Source of the DNA: Cystobasidiomycetes sp. EMM_F5
Lineage: Eukaryota
Assembly: GCA_051047955.1 (NCBI GenBank)
Contig: JBPGPT010000007.1
Coordinates: 434,001-498,000 of the forward strand
Direction: 5' to 3'
Length of the DNA: 64,000 nucleotides
In this document: in pieces, positions 1 through 12,000 of the stretch
Position numbering within the stretch: position 1 is the first letter of the stretch
How the letters are laid out: every line of letters begins with the position of its first letter
Translations under genes and position numbers: made by a program
The notes under the pieces: model-generated
The model's database searches: none
Told to the model about the DNA's origin: nothing
The model's input: only the letters and a program-made list of their open reading frames with translations

Positions 1-1826
1 CGTGTTCGTTTCCGCGTATCGATTGTCCGCCCTCCAAATCCGTCAGTTCAGGTGGTGAGAGCATTCCCAACTCCTCTTCGACCTCCTCCTCCGGTGACCG
101 AATACTAACGACCCAAACTCCCGCCAGGAGAACTACGATGCCAAGCACCATCAAGCCAATCTGCAAAGGCGACAGCTGATTCCACTGATTATAATACACT
201 AACCGAAGTGGGCGGTCAGAGGAGCACGAGCTTAAACCGCAGGGCGACACTCACTAAGACCATTGAAGATTGAACTGAGATTATAGAAACAGAACGCTAG
301 CGGACAGATAAGGGTGGGGCCAACGAGGCGCAAACTTTTGTTGAGATACCATAGCTGATGCAACAGTCGAGTCAACTCCTGCTGAGGCAGCGCACATATG
401 TCAAGCGACGCACCTGCAGCAATGCACACAGTAAAAGGGCCAACACAATCATCCAAGATTGCCACTTTGTAAATTGGTTATGTCCGACCACAGTGAGGAT
501 CAATAGTTCAACGCCTGTCTTGGCGAAGAGCAGGCATAGTCCACTTAGTGTACCGCTAGCAGAACCGTATGCGATGCCTAGCCATAAGCGGATACTGTCG
601 GCCTTATCCTGCGGTAGCATCGGTCGAATAGACGACTCATCGCCATTCCGCAAACCGCGCTTGTAGAAGCTGCCGTGTTGTTCTTTGGCAATACCAGATC
701 GAAAGCCGGTCTCCGGTGTAAAACTGGTGTCGGTCAAGAGTGATGCGGCCGTTTGGTACGAATTGCCACCAAACGTGACTTTTCGACTATGTAGCAGGCC
801 ATTCGCTTTCCGTGAAGTCTCAATCTGGGGCAGCTCGGAGTGATTGACAGAGTTTTGTGGGTGTGACGCATTTTCAGCGCCATCGAGAGGCTCAACGTTT
901 AGGGCCAGGTATGCGGGAGGCGTACTCCATCTCCGATTTCTGCGAGAGGTGTTGCGGAGTATAGCCTGTTGACCGTTTCGATTGCCTTGCTGTGTGGGCG
1001 GCGTCGAAGGCTGGCTGTTTGCATCCTCGTCCTCGTCATCTGTAGTCGGTAGAGCGATGTACAAGCTCTGTAGACGTTTCTCCAGCGTCGCCTCGGACCA
1101 GTGTGCTGATCCTAGAATGAGAAGGAGAATAGCAGCCTGCAGGGAAGTCCAGATGATGAAGGCCGGACGCGAGTACAGCTCGAGCAAGTCTTCAAGGGTA
1201 TGAGTCGTCTCTGGGACGACGCCAAATATGGCTATGAGCACTGCGCCACCAGCGACCAGGATTGTGCCTATGAACCGAGTCAGACGTGAATGGTCTACTC
1301 GATGCAACTCGCTGCGCACCGACGATGAGATAGCGAGAAAAGACATCGCCGAGCAGGAATCTTGCAAACAGCGCGTTCCACAACAAGGATACCTATCGGA
1401 CGTGATGGAATGAGGCTTCAAGAGCCGTAATAGAAGGCGGGGTTGATGTGGTGGACTCACAGCACCCAGAGGAGCCAGGATGACGATAGGCAGAGCACCA
1501 ATCTGAAAGACGGATCCAAGAATGTTGCTCGTGATGAAAATGACGAAACCGACTAGCCAAAGTGACCGTTTCCAGTCGCTCTTTCTCGCCGAAGCTGGCA
1601 GTGCTTCATTCTGCAGATGCGACTTGCGCTGTATCGTCAGACCTGCCGAGCAATAATCGTCTGTCAGTTCGCGCCCAGCTGTCCATCAAACACAGCCGTG
1701 CATACCGAGCGACTGCACAAACGACGCGGCGAGGGCTACGATGATTCCTGTCGCTATCGATATGCTGGCGGGGGCATCCTGGGCTGCGTCTGAGGCTGAA
1801 GTGCCCAGCAAGCGAGCTTCAACCAT
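1..1826 (-). CDS. NIPA/DUF803 Mg2+-transporter-like membrane protein (spliced; 3' end runs off the window)
   Basis: Spliced reading MVEARLL...GIIVALAASFVQSLG|LTIQRKSH...LWLVGFVIFITSNILGSVFQIGALPIVILAPLGA, followed by multiple TM segments and YLNKSLRLVGPTLICPLAFCFYN, which is typical of NIPA-family proteins. Confidence 0.8.
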
Positions 1827-2286
1827 CTTTCGATATGGCCGACTACCGAGCTATGTCGAGTCTGACGGGCATGTATGGGCGTGTATATGAGTGTCCGATA
1901 TCCAAGACTACCCAGCTGTGTCGCCAGTCTGCCGCTGGAATGCTGAGCCTTTGATCAACAAGCCGGGGTTACGGGCAGCTATCTTATGCTGGCGAGCTGG
2001 CTTGGAACAGCTCCAAGTGAACGTCGTGCAGGTCTGGTGTCGGTGCAGTGGATGGCCCGTCAGAGTGGGCAGTGAGTTGCAGCATCGCCCATCAGTCAAG
2101 CGACAACGTTGACGCGATATGGAAACCCCGACTTCAAGACTGCTGGTATTGTGACAGATGCTCATCGACTACACTGTACTGCATGCTCTACCGCCTGACT
2201 ACCGACACTATGTGAATGTACTCTGGATGCTGAAAGGAGAATGAGTATACTCGAAAATGAATGTGGTGTTGTGGCAGCCTGAGGAG

Positions 2287-5200
2287 TCACACCCCGTGTA
2301 TAGACTGGAGGACGCCAGCCGCAGTCAACGCATGCACAGCATAGTTGTTGCCGACTCGCTCCGCAAAGAAGCTGACTTCTCCGGACTTGGTAAGATACGT
2401 TACATCGCGGAGGTAGCCTTCTTCATACTCTCGTCCAGCGAAAGCAGTATCGTTGGCTTTGGATTTCGCACGTCTTTTGGCCGCGTCGAGCGGAATGACT
2501 TCTGTGCTGGCGTGGTGCTGGCCGCCAAGCTCAAGAGCACGGATGCAGCATGGTCCGAATGCAACCAGACAGACACGAGACCGGTTGAAGGTCAATAGTA
2601 TCTCTAGCCGGGTAAAGATGTCGAGATTGACATGTCTCTCCGCGTTACTGGGTGACGCCGTGTCAATCCACTCTAGAGGTTTCTTCATGACTGATCGACC
2701 ATCGCTGTCCTGCAGGGCGAAGACGACCCATATCAGCTGGACGGCATTTGCCAAAACGACACTGCAATCACACTTACGACTATATTCGTAACCTTGCTGC
2801 CTTTGCTGACAAAGAACAAGCCAGGTGGTCCAGCCAACTTGGCTGTCGGATTCGACAAGAGCGAGACTGGGCTGAGCAGAGGCATCTCAATATCGTCTAC
2901 ATGCAGCGTGTCGTGCCCTGTGTGAGATTCTGAACTCGTCGATGGGGCAAGAGATGTACTCGCTTTATTTTGCCGGTATGGCCTCGGAGGAGGTTCGAAG
3001 CCGTTTTGAGCTGGTGCTGGAGAAGCCGATAGCACAGCATTGTACGTAGGAGGATTGATGTAGGAGATTCCCAGTACCGAGGGTGGGACACTAGGCAAGT
3101 ATTCGAGCTGCTGAAACATTGTATAAGGTATTGTCGGAACAGACGGTGTGGCTCCATTTTGATTCTGCTGTATTGGTGCGGTTTCGTTATCAAGGATATT
3201 GCCATTTGCTGGTTCTATCGTCGGGGAAGGTGGGTGTGACGGAGTGGTACTCGGCAAGTCGAGCCTACTAGAGGTCGTCGCAGCCGTTTCGCCGGGGATA
3301 GTACGCGAACCTCTACGAATCGCGCCATCTTCATCTTGCGATTCCGGTGCTCTCGCATCGCTGTCTCCATCGGTAGCAGCATTCGCAATCGGATCCCTCA
3401 CAGGCGCTTCAGATCTGCCGCCATGTAGCGTGACGGCTTCCCTTGCAATCTGATCACGCTCGCGTCTAGCTTGTCTTCGCTCATTTCGCTGAATGCCTAC
3501 TTCTCGCACTCGGACTGTCGACGGCTCCAGTGCAAAGATAGCAGAGTCGTAAATCAGATACAGATCCAGGAGGTCTTCACCCTGCAGCTGAAACTCGATG
3601 CTGTATCAGAAAAGAGGATGAAAATTCAGCATGCTTCGTAACAATATCACAGGGTAATTCCAACTGACGTTCTAGGCGTCTCGGGCAGTACAAAAGTCCG
3701 GTTTAGCGAAAGCGAGACGTTTCGAGACCCCTGAAAAGGAAGCGCTCGTCAATATCACATATTACTAAAATGGTCGAGAAAAGGTGACTCACAGTGAACA
3801 GCTCAATACGTTCACCCTGTTCGCCACACAACACAGCGAGATACGTGCGTTTGCTCGTTTCGCTAGCTCGAATAAATCTGCAGCCTTTGGTGCGAGCAAG
3901 TTTCACATATTCAAGCGGCATATTCGTTTGCGAGCTATGCGCTGGGTAGCTACCAGACAGCGCTCCAGCCAGCGGAGTATTATCGGCCGCTGCTCGTCCA
4001 ACATGCGTATGACGGCCTCCCGGTCCTGTCGAGACATTGGCACTCCGCGTAAATGTGATGGTCGCACCTTCCGGGTTCGTAGATTCAGGAGAAACAGTGC
4101 CAGTAAGATCCGGAGTAAGATTGTTGAAGGGCGGACTTTCATCGTCGATTGGTAATGGGCGGACTTTAAGGACGGGAGGAGACACCGTGCTGCCGGCTTG
4201 AGGCAGCAGAGGCGTCGTTCGCAGAGCCGACAACGAAGTGCCGTCAGTCTGAACAGCTAGCGGGTCTATAGCAGCAGAACCGCGGTTCGACGAGGGGTTG
4301 GTAGAATTTTGGGAATGGCTACGCATGCGAGATAAGGATGGCGAAGTAGACGCAGAGTGGGTACTCATGCTGGATGCGGATCTGCTTGACGCCCGACCAG
4401 CCAGCTGTTCGGAGGAAGCAGTCGATGATCCAGGCTGAGGGGAGCGGAGATTTGCCAGTAATGACCAGCGTTTCCTGCCCTCTGTCTGCTGGACCCGCTC
4501 AATAGCGGTAGGAGACACAACTCTTCCATTGTTCTCGCTGCCAGTCGCCGTAGCACTTCGTGCCAAACTTGGCGATGTCGCACTGCTGCTGGGCGTCTGC
4601 GTCGGACCAGGTTCGGCCACGAGCATCTCTTGCAGCGAGAATGATCGTGGCATATCTCCGCTTCTGTGATGCGGCCCTAGAGGTATTTGTGATTGAAATG
4701 CCGTCGTGTCACGCGATGTCGGACCCCGTGGCAAGAGAGAGTACCTTTTCGGATGCTGCAATCCGTCTGCTTCGATGTTATAAAGCGAGGGCGATCGATC
4801 AGCGCTGTGCGGCTGAGGCTGCGACACGGTACGTTGTCTTAGGCCAAGCGATCTTTGTGGCCTGGAAACGGTATGCGGTACCTCTGACACTGGCGGAGTC
4901 ACATTTGCAGCCTGTAGGGCGTCGCTTACGGTGACCAAGCTCTTCTGTCTTGTAAGGTCCGCAGGTTTTGTCAGTTTCCGAGGTCTCCTGTCTCCCGTCG
5001 ACTGAGTTTGTGAAAGAGTCCGTTGAAGCAAGGTATCGCGTCGAGTACCGGCAACCTCATCCGACGTCGTGAATTCAGAACTGGTACTGTCACTTCTGTT
5101 TACTTGTACGGGGACCGGACTCGGCGGACCAGCACGCATGATATCAATCAGAGACGGGCCGTCCGTTTCCGAGTCGGTTTGTTTGTACATGACGGGCGAA

Positions 5201-8200
5201 CGAGGCTGTAGGCGCGGTGCAGGCCTAGCGGTCGAGATTGAGCTGGCATTGGAAGGGTGGACTGACTGGCTGAGTGATCGAGTAGGGCTAACGGGAATAG
5301 CAGAAGCGGGTATGGTGGTCGTCACGCTTCGTGTGGGGGCAACACTGATTGCTGATTGCGTTTCATCGAGCGGACCATCTCTCAAAAAATCGGCAAGCGC
5401 GTCAAGATTGCTGGTAGTGACTGTAGCTTCACGAGGCAGAAGTCTGCCGATATTTGCAGGCGAAGCGGACGGAACTCCATTTGACATAGACGACGAGTTT
5501 GATCCCTGTTCCGTAATTTGCTGGTCAGCGTGCGGCGGCCGTTCGTTAAGCATCTGAGCAAGGGATATTCTTCTTGCGCTCTTGATCACTCTATTCGTCT
5601 TGGTTGTATCTCCTGCCATTTCCTCTTGCTGTTCTGCCGGACCAGCATCGATATATTGCTCATTCGGTTCACGCTCTTCCTCCTCTTCCTCCTCCTCTAC
5701 TTCGTGCTGCACAATCGGTGAACGTGGCAGCATTCTAATCCTCCTACTTGACGAACTCCACGCTGACCCTGCTCTACTTGTCGTCAGAGGGGCCGTTCTG
5801 AACCCTTGTAGCTGGACATTTGTCGAAGACGACGGCGACGGGCGTACCGCGTACTGATGTGCAGATGAAGTAGTATTCGTAGGCGATTCCGGCGCATCAA
5901 TCCATTCTCCCTCTTCATCCCCATCCGCACCAACACCATCCTTGAGCGTTTCCTGCTCATTCTCCCCTTGCGCGCGTATGGCATGAGAAGTAGAAGTAGA
6001 AGCAAGAGGTGAAGCGAATGGAGAGTCGTCAGAGGACGAAGGACTTGAATACTCGACAACTCCAATAATTCCTCTTCTCCTGCTCTCACTACTGCTTGGC
6101 GCGCCTTCCACGCCCTCGGGTACAAATGCTGAACTACCCTTGCGGCGTACTGATAATTGTGCGTCATGTTGTGCTGCGCTTGAAGGAGAAGTACGATGAT
6201 GTTGCCTGTGAGTAAGGGAGTTGACGGTAGACGGTGTGATGGTCGCTGCTGAACCTCTGCGGGCTGCAGATATACTGTGGGAAGCGTGAGACGCGATATA
6301 CGACGACGAGGGAGAAGGCGCAAGGGATCCTCGTCGACTTCGGCTGGGTACCGCAATACCAGACAAGGCGTTGGTGGCGTCTTTACTTTTCCGCCTTTTT
6401 ACGCTGCGGATAGAAGCAGACGACGGCGTTGTGGGGGGAAGGGAAGGTAGCGGCGTAGACGAAGGCGACTGTGGAGCAGAAGTAGAATGAGAGGGCGACA
6501 TGGCAGGCGATGATACATCCCCTGCATGATGGTCTGCATCCGATTGTGAACGTTGTACAAAAGGAGCAGTGAGCGTCTGGAGAGAGGAACTTCGACGCGT
6601 TCGTGCGTAGCGGGGTGTCGGAGGGCCAGAATAAGCTGATGCAGAAGACCGACGTCGAGGAACAGAAGGTTGCGACGAGGCTGATGGTTGTGAGCGCGTG
6701 AATGGAGGAGGAAACGAGTATGCAGGCGGAGGGGAAACCTTGGTTGGATCTTGGTCGTCTGTAAAATTATGACGAGCATCGGTCCCGGTACTCACGCTTG
6801 TCGATGAGTTATGCAATCTTAGCGGCGCAGGGGGACCAAGTACTCTGCCTTTCCCTTTGAGGTTTGCTGGAGCAGTCGGGACTGGTGGAGGCGCTACAGA
6901 TTTCGCTATACTCGCCGCCAGAGTCCTCGCCGCGAGCGCTCTCTCCGCCGCCTGTCTTTTTCGTAAAATGCTATTCCACCCTTCCTTTTCATCAATCTCC
7001 GCCATCTTCTTCCGAATGAGCATGCGTAACGCATCGAGTGCATACACTCTCACATGATCGTTACGTCCCGCTACCGCCAAGAGTACATTACTTCTATCTC
7101 CCAGAATGACGAGCTGCTTGAACCTCGTCTTTTTGATGAGTGGAATGGGTTTTCTCGTTTTGTGCGATGTGGTTGTAGAGGATAGTGATGGGGATGTAGA
7201 CATTGCGCCGTACCCACTATCTCCGGCACTGTTGCCCGCAAGATTTAGACGCTCCAGTAGTCCACCACGTAATGACCTGTTACCTGGTCTGTGGAGAGGA
7301 AGAAAGTCTAGACCTGTGGTTGTTCCAATCAAGAGAAACTTGTCGTCGAGAACTGCACCGCACAGAGGGACACCGTACCGGGATAATGCCATGTTTGGCG
7401 TCATTTGAAGCAACTCCAAGCCGAGAGTGGGTAGGTCTGGTGCGGTCTCTATAGCCTCACGCGCAGACTGCTTGCCTTTGTGTGAGGCGTGTGTGGGGGT
7501 GGAGGGAGTACTGACATTGCGGGATGTGGAGGACGTAGACGGCGTGACTGTAGAGTATACTATGAGACTGCTGGGGTGAGGGAGGAAAACAACGACGCAC
7601 CTGTACGATGCAGTCTCGAGCTGTCTTGTCGTTGAATGCCGGGGGAGGACGGCGTGACTGTAGAGTATACTATGAGACTGCTGCGGTGAGGGAGGAAAAC
7701 AACGACGCACCTGTCCGATGCAGTCTCGAGCTGTCTTGTCGTTGAATGCCAGGGGAGGACAGACTATCCGTCCGATACAGTCTGGAACTATTCTGTCGTT
7801 GTACAACAGGGGAAGATGTGGCAGAGGTGGAGTACGAGGTCGTCGAGGCAGAGGCGGAGGAGGAGGTATATGCAAGTGGAGCACTACTCTCTGTTTCGTT
7901 GATGCCCGATTGTCGCGGCGACCCACTCACACCCGACCCACTCATACCCGACCCACTCACACCCGACCCACTCATACCCAACTGACGGGGTGACCACCAC
8001 GATGAACTGCTCGTCCTGCTCGTAGACGGTCTCATCCCACCAGACTGGGGTGAGGATGACACTCCCCCATCGTGCGAAAACACGCCATCAATAGGCCTCG
8101 GTGCATTTGTCACTCCAATTCCCAGGCCGTGTCTGTGTCCGTGTGTCGTACTCTCCGACAAGCCCAGACTGGACGTGGATGTAGACAGTGATTGGGAGTG

Positions 8201-8734
8201 TGATATAGGACTACTCGACGAGTGCAGAGTAGGCGGATTCGACGAGTGCCTCGAGTGGTTGACTGCATGATTGATGGCCGGCATGGACGACGACGAGGGG
8301 AGCATAGATGAGGACGAATGGGACACAGTCGACCCATTATAATTGGACGAATGAGACACAGTCGACCCATTATAACTACTCGCCCCCTCTCCGTGCACCA
8401 CATGCCTCCCACTCATCGACGCCGACCTCGACAGGAGACTTGCGAGGAATCCCCTCTTTGCCGTCGCGGTGGTCGACGGTATTGAAGTAGTCGCTGTTGA
8501 TGTGCAACTACTCCCTGCTGTGTTGATGGTCGACACGTACATTCTCTCTCCCTCATTCACCACACCCAGTGATGCATCGTCCACTTCGGCAGAGACGTAC
8601 ACCCGGTCTCCAGAGTATGGATCCTGCAGCCTGACGGCGTTATTGATGGGAGTGTAGTTTTGCATGTTGCTGCCTGTAATCGTGCTCGTCTGTCTGCTAT
8701 TTGAATTGTTGTACGTGTCTGTGTCTGTGTCCAT
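2287..8734 (-). CDS. Large CNH (citron-homology)-domain protein with long S/P/R-rich insertions (spliced)
   Basis: CNH-like blocks LCGAVLDDKFLLIGTTTGLDFL, KTRFKQLVILGDRSNVLLAVAGRNDHVRVYALDAL and EYVKLARTKGCRFIRASE. ORFs 7670-8875, 3703-7926, 2733-3509 and 2287-2754 can be joined by GT-AG introns. Start ATG 8734 is a prediction. Confidence 0.7.
7538..7760. repeat. 110-bp direct tandem duplication (53-nt intron + 57-nt exon unit)
   Basis: Copies start at 7538 and 7648 and differ at 3 positions by eye. Confidence 0.95.
7920..7982. repeat. 15-bp coding tandem repeat x4 (SGSG[MV])
   Basis: acccactca(c/t)acccg is repeated four times. Confidence 0.9.
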
Positions 8735-8775
8735 ATTTGAATTGTTGTCTGTGTTACTCCATGTCGACTGTGGAT

Positions 8776-8811
8776 GGGTGGTGTGTGTGTGTGTGGTGTG
8801 TGTGTGTGTGT
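8776..8811. repeat. Imperfect (GT)n microsatellite upstream of the CNH gene
   Basis: gggtggtgtgtgtgtgtgtggtgtgtgtgtgtgtgt. Confidence 0.9.
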
Positions 8812-9071
8812 ACAAGTATATCGCGTGTGTGGTGGATGTCTCAATGAATGGTCGCCTGCCAACAATAATGACCATTCAAATCATCCAAGTAATTATAAAG
8901 GTAGCCTATTCGGGACATTTATATTGTACGAGTAGTCAATTGCAAACAGCTGCATTACCACCGACACTATTACATTGTATATACGCAGTCTACAGATTAA
9001 TAATATCCACTCTTGTATACTAATAATGATCACTCTGCCATTCCTCGCTCCTTTACTTGAACCCACCCAAC

Positions 9072-12000
9072 ATGTCGAGCGATACTACTACCACCTCCAG
9101 CCAGGCTATGAGCGAGAGAGTGCACGAGCTGAGCGAGCAGGCGAGGGGGGAGAGTGAGAGGGTGGGTGAGCTGAGAAGGGAGGTGGATGAGCGGAGGAGG
9201 AGGAGACAATTGAATATGAAGGGTGTCGATGAGAAGGACAATGTCCATCATTCCACAGTCACCGTCAGTGATGATCCTCAGAATACAATCCCCTCTCCAT
9301 CCACCGTCAAGAATACAATCCACCCCACCTCCACGTCCTTTCCAGTCTCCGCCGGAGTAATACACAAGATTAATGGAAACACCTCCCTCGCCCACTTTAT
9401 CGGAGGGTCGACGAGGGTGAACGGGCCAGTACTCAATAGAGTGCGGGGGAATGAAAGCGAGGGGATGGAGACGGATGATCTGAATAGACCGACGGGTACT
9501 TTTCTATCGAGGTTGGTCAACGTCGAGGGGAGTAATAGTGGGGGAGGTGGAAGGGTCGCCATGCCGGGGATGGTCAAGCCGGTCGTGTCGAGTGGGCCAT
9601 CGACGTCGATGGATGGCCCATCAGACTCCCATCCCTCCCTCACTCGTCTGAAAGGGTCGAGTATAGTAAAGGATAGGCTAAAGTGGGGAGAAGAGCAGGC
9701 AAAGGAGAAGAGTGGACCTCCATCCTCCTTCTCCTCTCCATCTCCAGCAGCAGCTATATCGTCAAATACAGGAAAAGTATCCTCCTTCTCCTCTCCATCT
9801 CCAGCACCCGCTTCCTCTTCCACGCCAAGCACGCCAAAACCCGAGTCCAGTACATCACACGTTGTCATCTCGTCAAAGCGAAACAGCGTGCTTGACAGGT
9901 GGGGCAGGGATACGCCAGACCAGGGTAAAACGACATCGACTGCGCAGTCTCCTTCTCTGCCCTCTGCAACAACGACAGGGAATAGGATTCTAGGCGTAGG
10001 AGACGGGCCGTTGCGAGCAAATTCCACACCCATCGTCACGTCTACTGCTTCAAGTATCGGAGCGACCAAGCCTGCCATTGCAAAGAAGCCTTCTCTGCCA
10101 CCGACGCTGCAGCAGTCTCGTGAGCCAGAGAGTATTGCACACGCACCGTCCAACTCGGTACTAGACGGCATACAGCCCGTCTCTGTTGGTTTGGCCAAGC
10201 TCGATATCGCGCAGCTGGAACAACAGTCACTCCCTGGAGACGGAAAAGCAACATCTCCACAAGTCCAGTCGTCTCCTTCCTCATTCTCTAGCTTCAACGA
10301 GCCCAACAGGGACGATAAACCTGCGGCAATTCAACCCACTCGTTCTCCGAACGTTTCGAACGCCCCGTCGTGGAATCGACCAGTACCATCTCCTAAACCT
10401 TCACTTTCTACCAGCACTGGGCTAGATCGATTTGGCGGTCCGAAAGCCGGTAATATTCCGATCAGCGTCTCGCCAGCTCCCTACGCGAAGAGTAGTCCTT
10501 CTCCGTCATCTCCCAAGTACTCGTCGAGCTCATCGGCCTTTGGCAGCGGTGCTGGCAGCGCAAGCAGATTCCAACCGTCATCGACTTCATTTCCCGTTTC
10601 CCTCGGCTTGGCTCCAACACATGGTAGACCGACGTCGCTCGCTCACTTTATGGGCGGTAGTCAGAGAGTAGCTGGTCCGGTGCTGAACAAAGTAAGGCCA
10701 GAGACGATGGACGGGAGCGGAATGGAGACGGACGATACGACAAGACCGACAGAGACGTTCTTGAGCAAGAACAAGGAGGAATTGATGAAGGGATTGCAAG
10801 GACATGCTTTTAATCGAGGAAACACAAAAGGCATCGCCATGCCGGGCATGGTAAAACAGCCAGCCAATACCGCAGTACACGAGGAGAAGAGTAACAACCC
10901 TGAAGACGGCGCTGGTGACGAGGATCAACGTCAGGCTTCCAGCTTGAAGAGTCCGCAGAATGACGCCACACTTCAACCTCGCCATGCAGCTTCGTTGCCT
11001 CTACCAGGAACAAAGCTAATTCTGCCACTACCAGGTCAGAGCGCATCGTTGGACGTCGAGTCCGGCATGTCGGCCACTAGCACAGGTGAGCGGAATTTCT
11101 CACCGTCAGTCGCCATCCCCACACATCCTTCTTCTACGTCTACGGCATCGTCGGTGCTGTCGTACTCTCCCCGCACGAGATCACCACGACCTCTCCCCTC
11201 GCCGCTGTCACAGGCGCAAAGCACATTCTTACAACCGGATGTGGTGCAGCCGGGTCAGACACATACTCACACTGCGTCATCTGCTTCCCAGCCGACGCGG
11301 ATAACACCAACGACAACGACGCCGCCCCAAAGGAGTGAGTCGTCCGAGAGTGTGCCGCGAGCGCTTGTCGATTCTGAAGCGGATAACCAAAATGATGATG
11401 AAGATGACGGCACCAAGACAGTACGTCAGTCGGCAGTCAAAAGTGGCAGCAGTACATCCCAGGAAGTGGAAGAGCCTGCTGAATATGTACCCCCTCCTCT
11501 TGCTCGGAAAATCAAACCGACAGCTATGGCCATTTCGAAGGAGTTTGCGAGCAGAAATGCCGCATCCGATATCCGGGCGCAGATGCAGTCGACGACCTCT
11601 TCGACTTATGCATCACTGATGGCGCACAGTAATGCACGCGATACGGACGCACAAGCAGCCAGAGAAAAGGCTCAAGCTATAATGACCAAATTCTCGGGTG
11701 AGGACAGTGCAAAAGGTTCTGTAGGCGCCATGGGTGGGAATACAGAAGATGGATTGGATTGGCAGAATACAGTCAGGAATTGGTCAAACCCGGTCAGAAG
11801 AGCGCCTGTTCCGCCACAGGAGGCCAGCACGGCACACGTACCAGCCAAGAAGGCGACAAGGGTCTTCACAGTGCCTAGTGAGTCCCGCGCTGACACATGA
11901 GTCAATCGGATCGTCCTGTATCTGATCGTGTATATTGTCAGATCCAGCAATTGGGCCATTGCCGCCGGTCGACATGAGCGTCTTTAATCAAAACCGTACT

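Noticed and set aside
7670..7926. Apparent frameshift or pseudogene between overlapping ORFs of 401 aa and 1407 aa
   Set aside because: Fully explained by two 53-nt introns in the duplicated unit, which restore the frame.
7538..7982. CRISPR-like or transposon-derived repeats
   Set aside because: The repeats are contiguous coding/intronic tandem duplications without spacers, terminal repeats or cas/transposase genes, in a eukaryotic context.
9278..10306. 342-aa antisense ORF and many similar shadow ORFs
   Set aside because: Mirror frames of S/P-rich coding sequence with no independent motifs.
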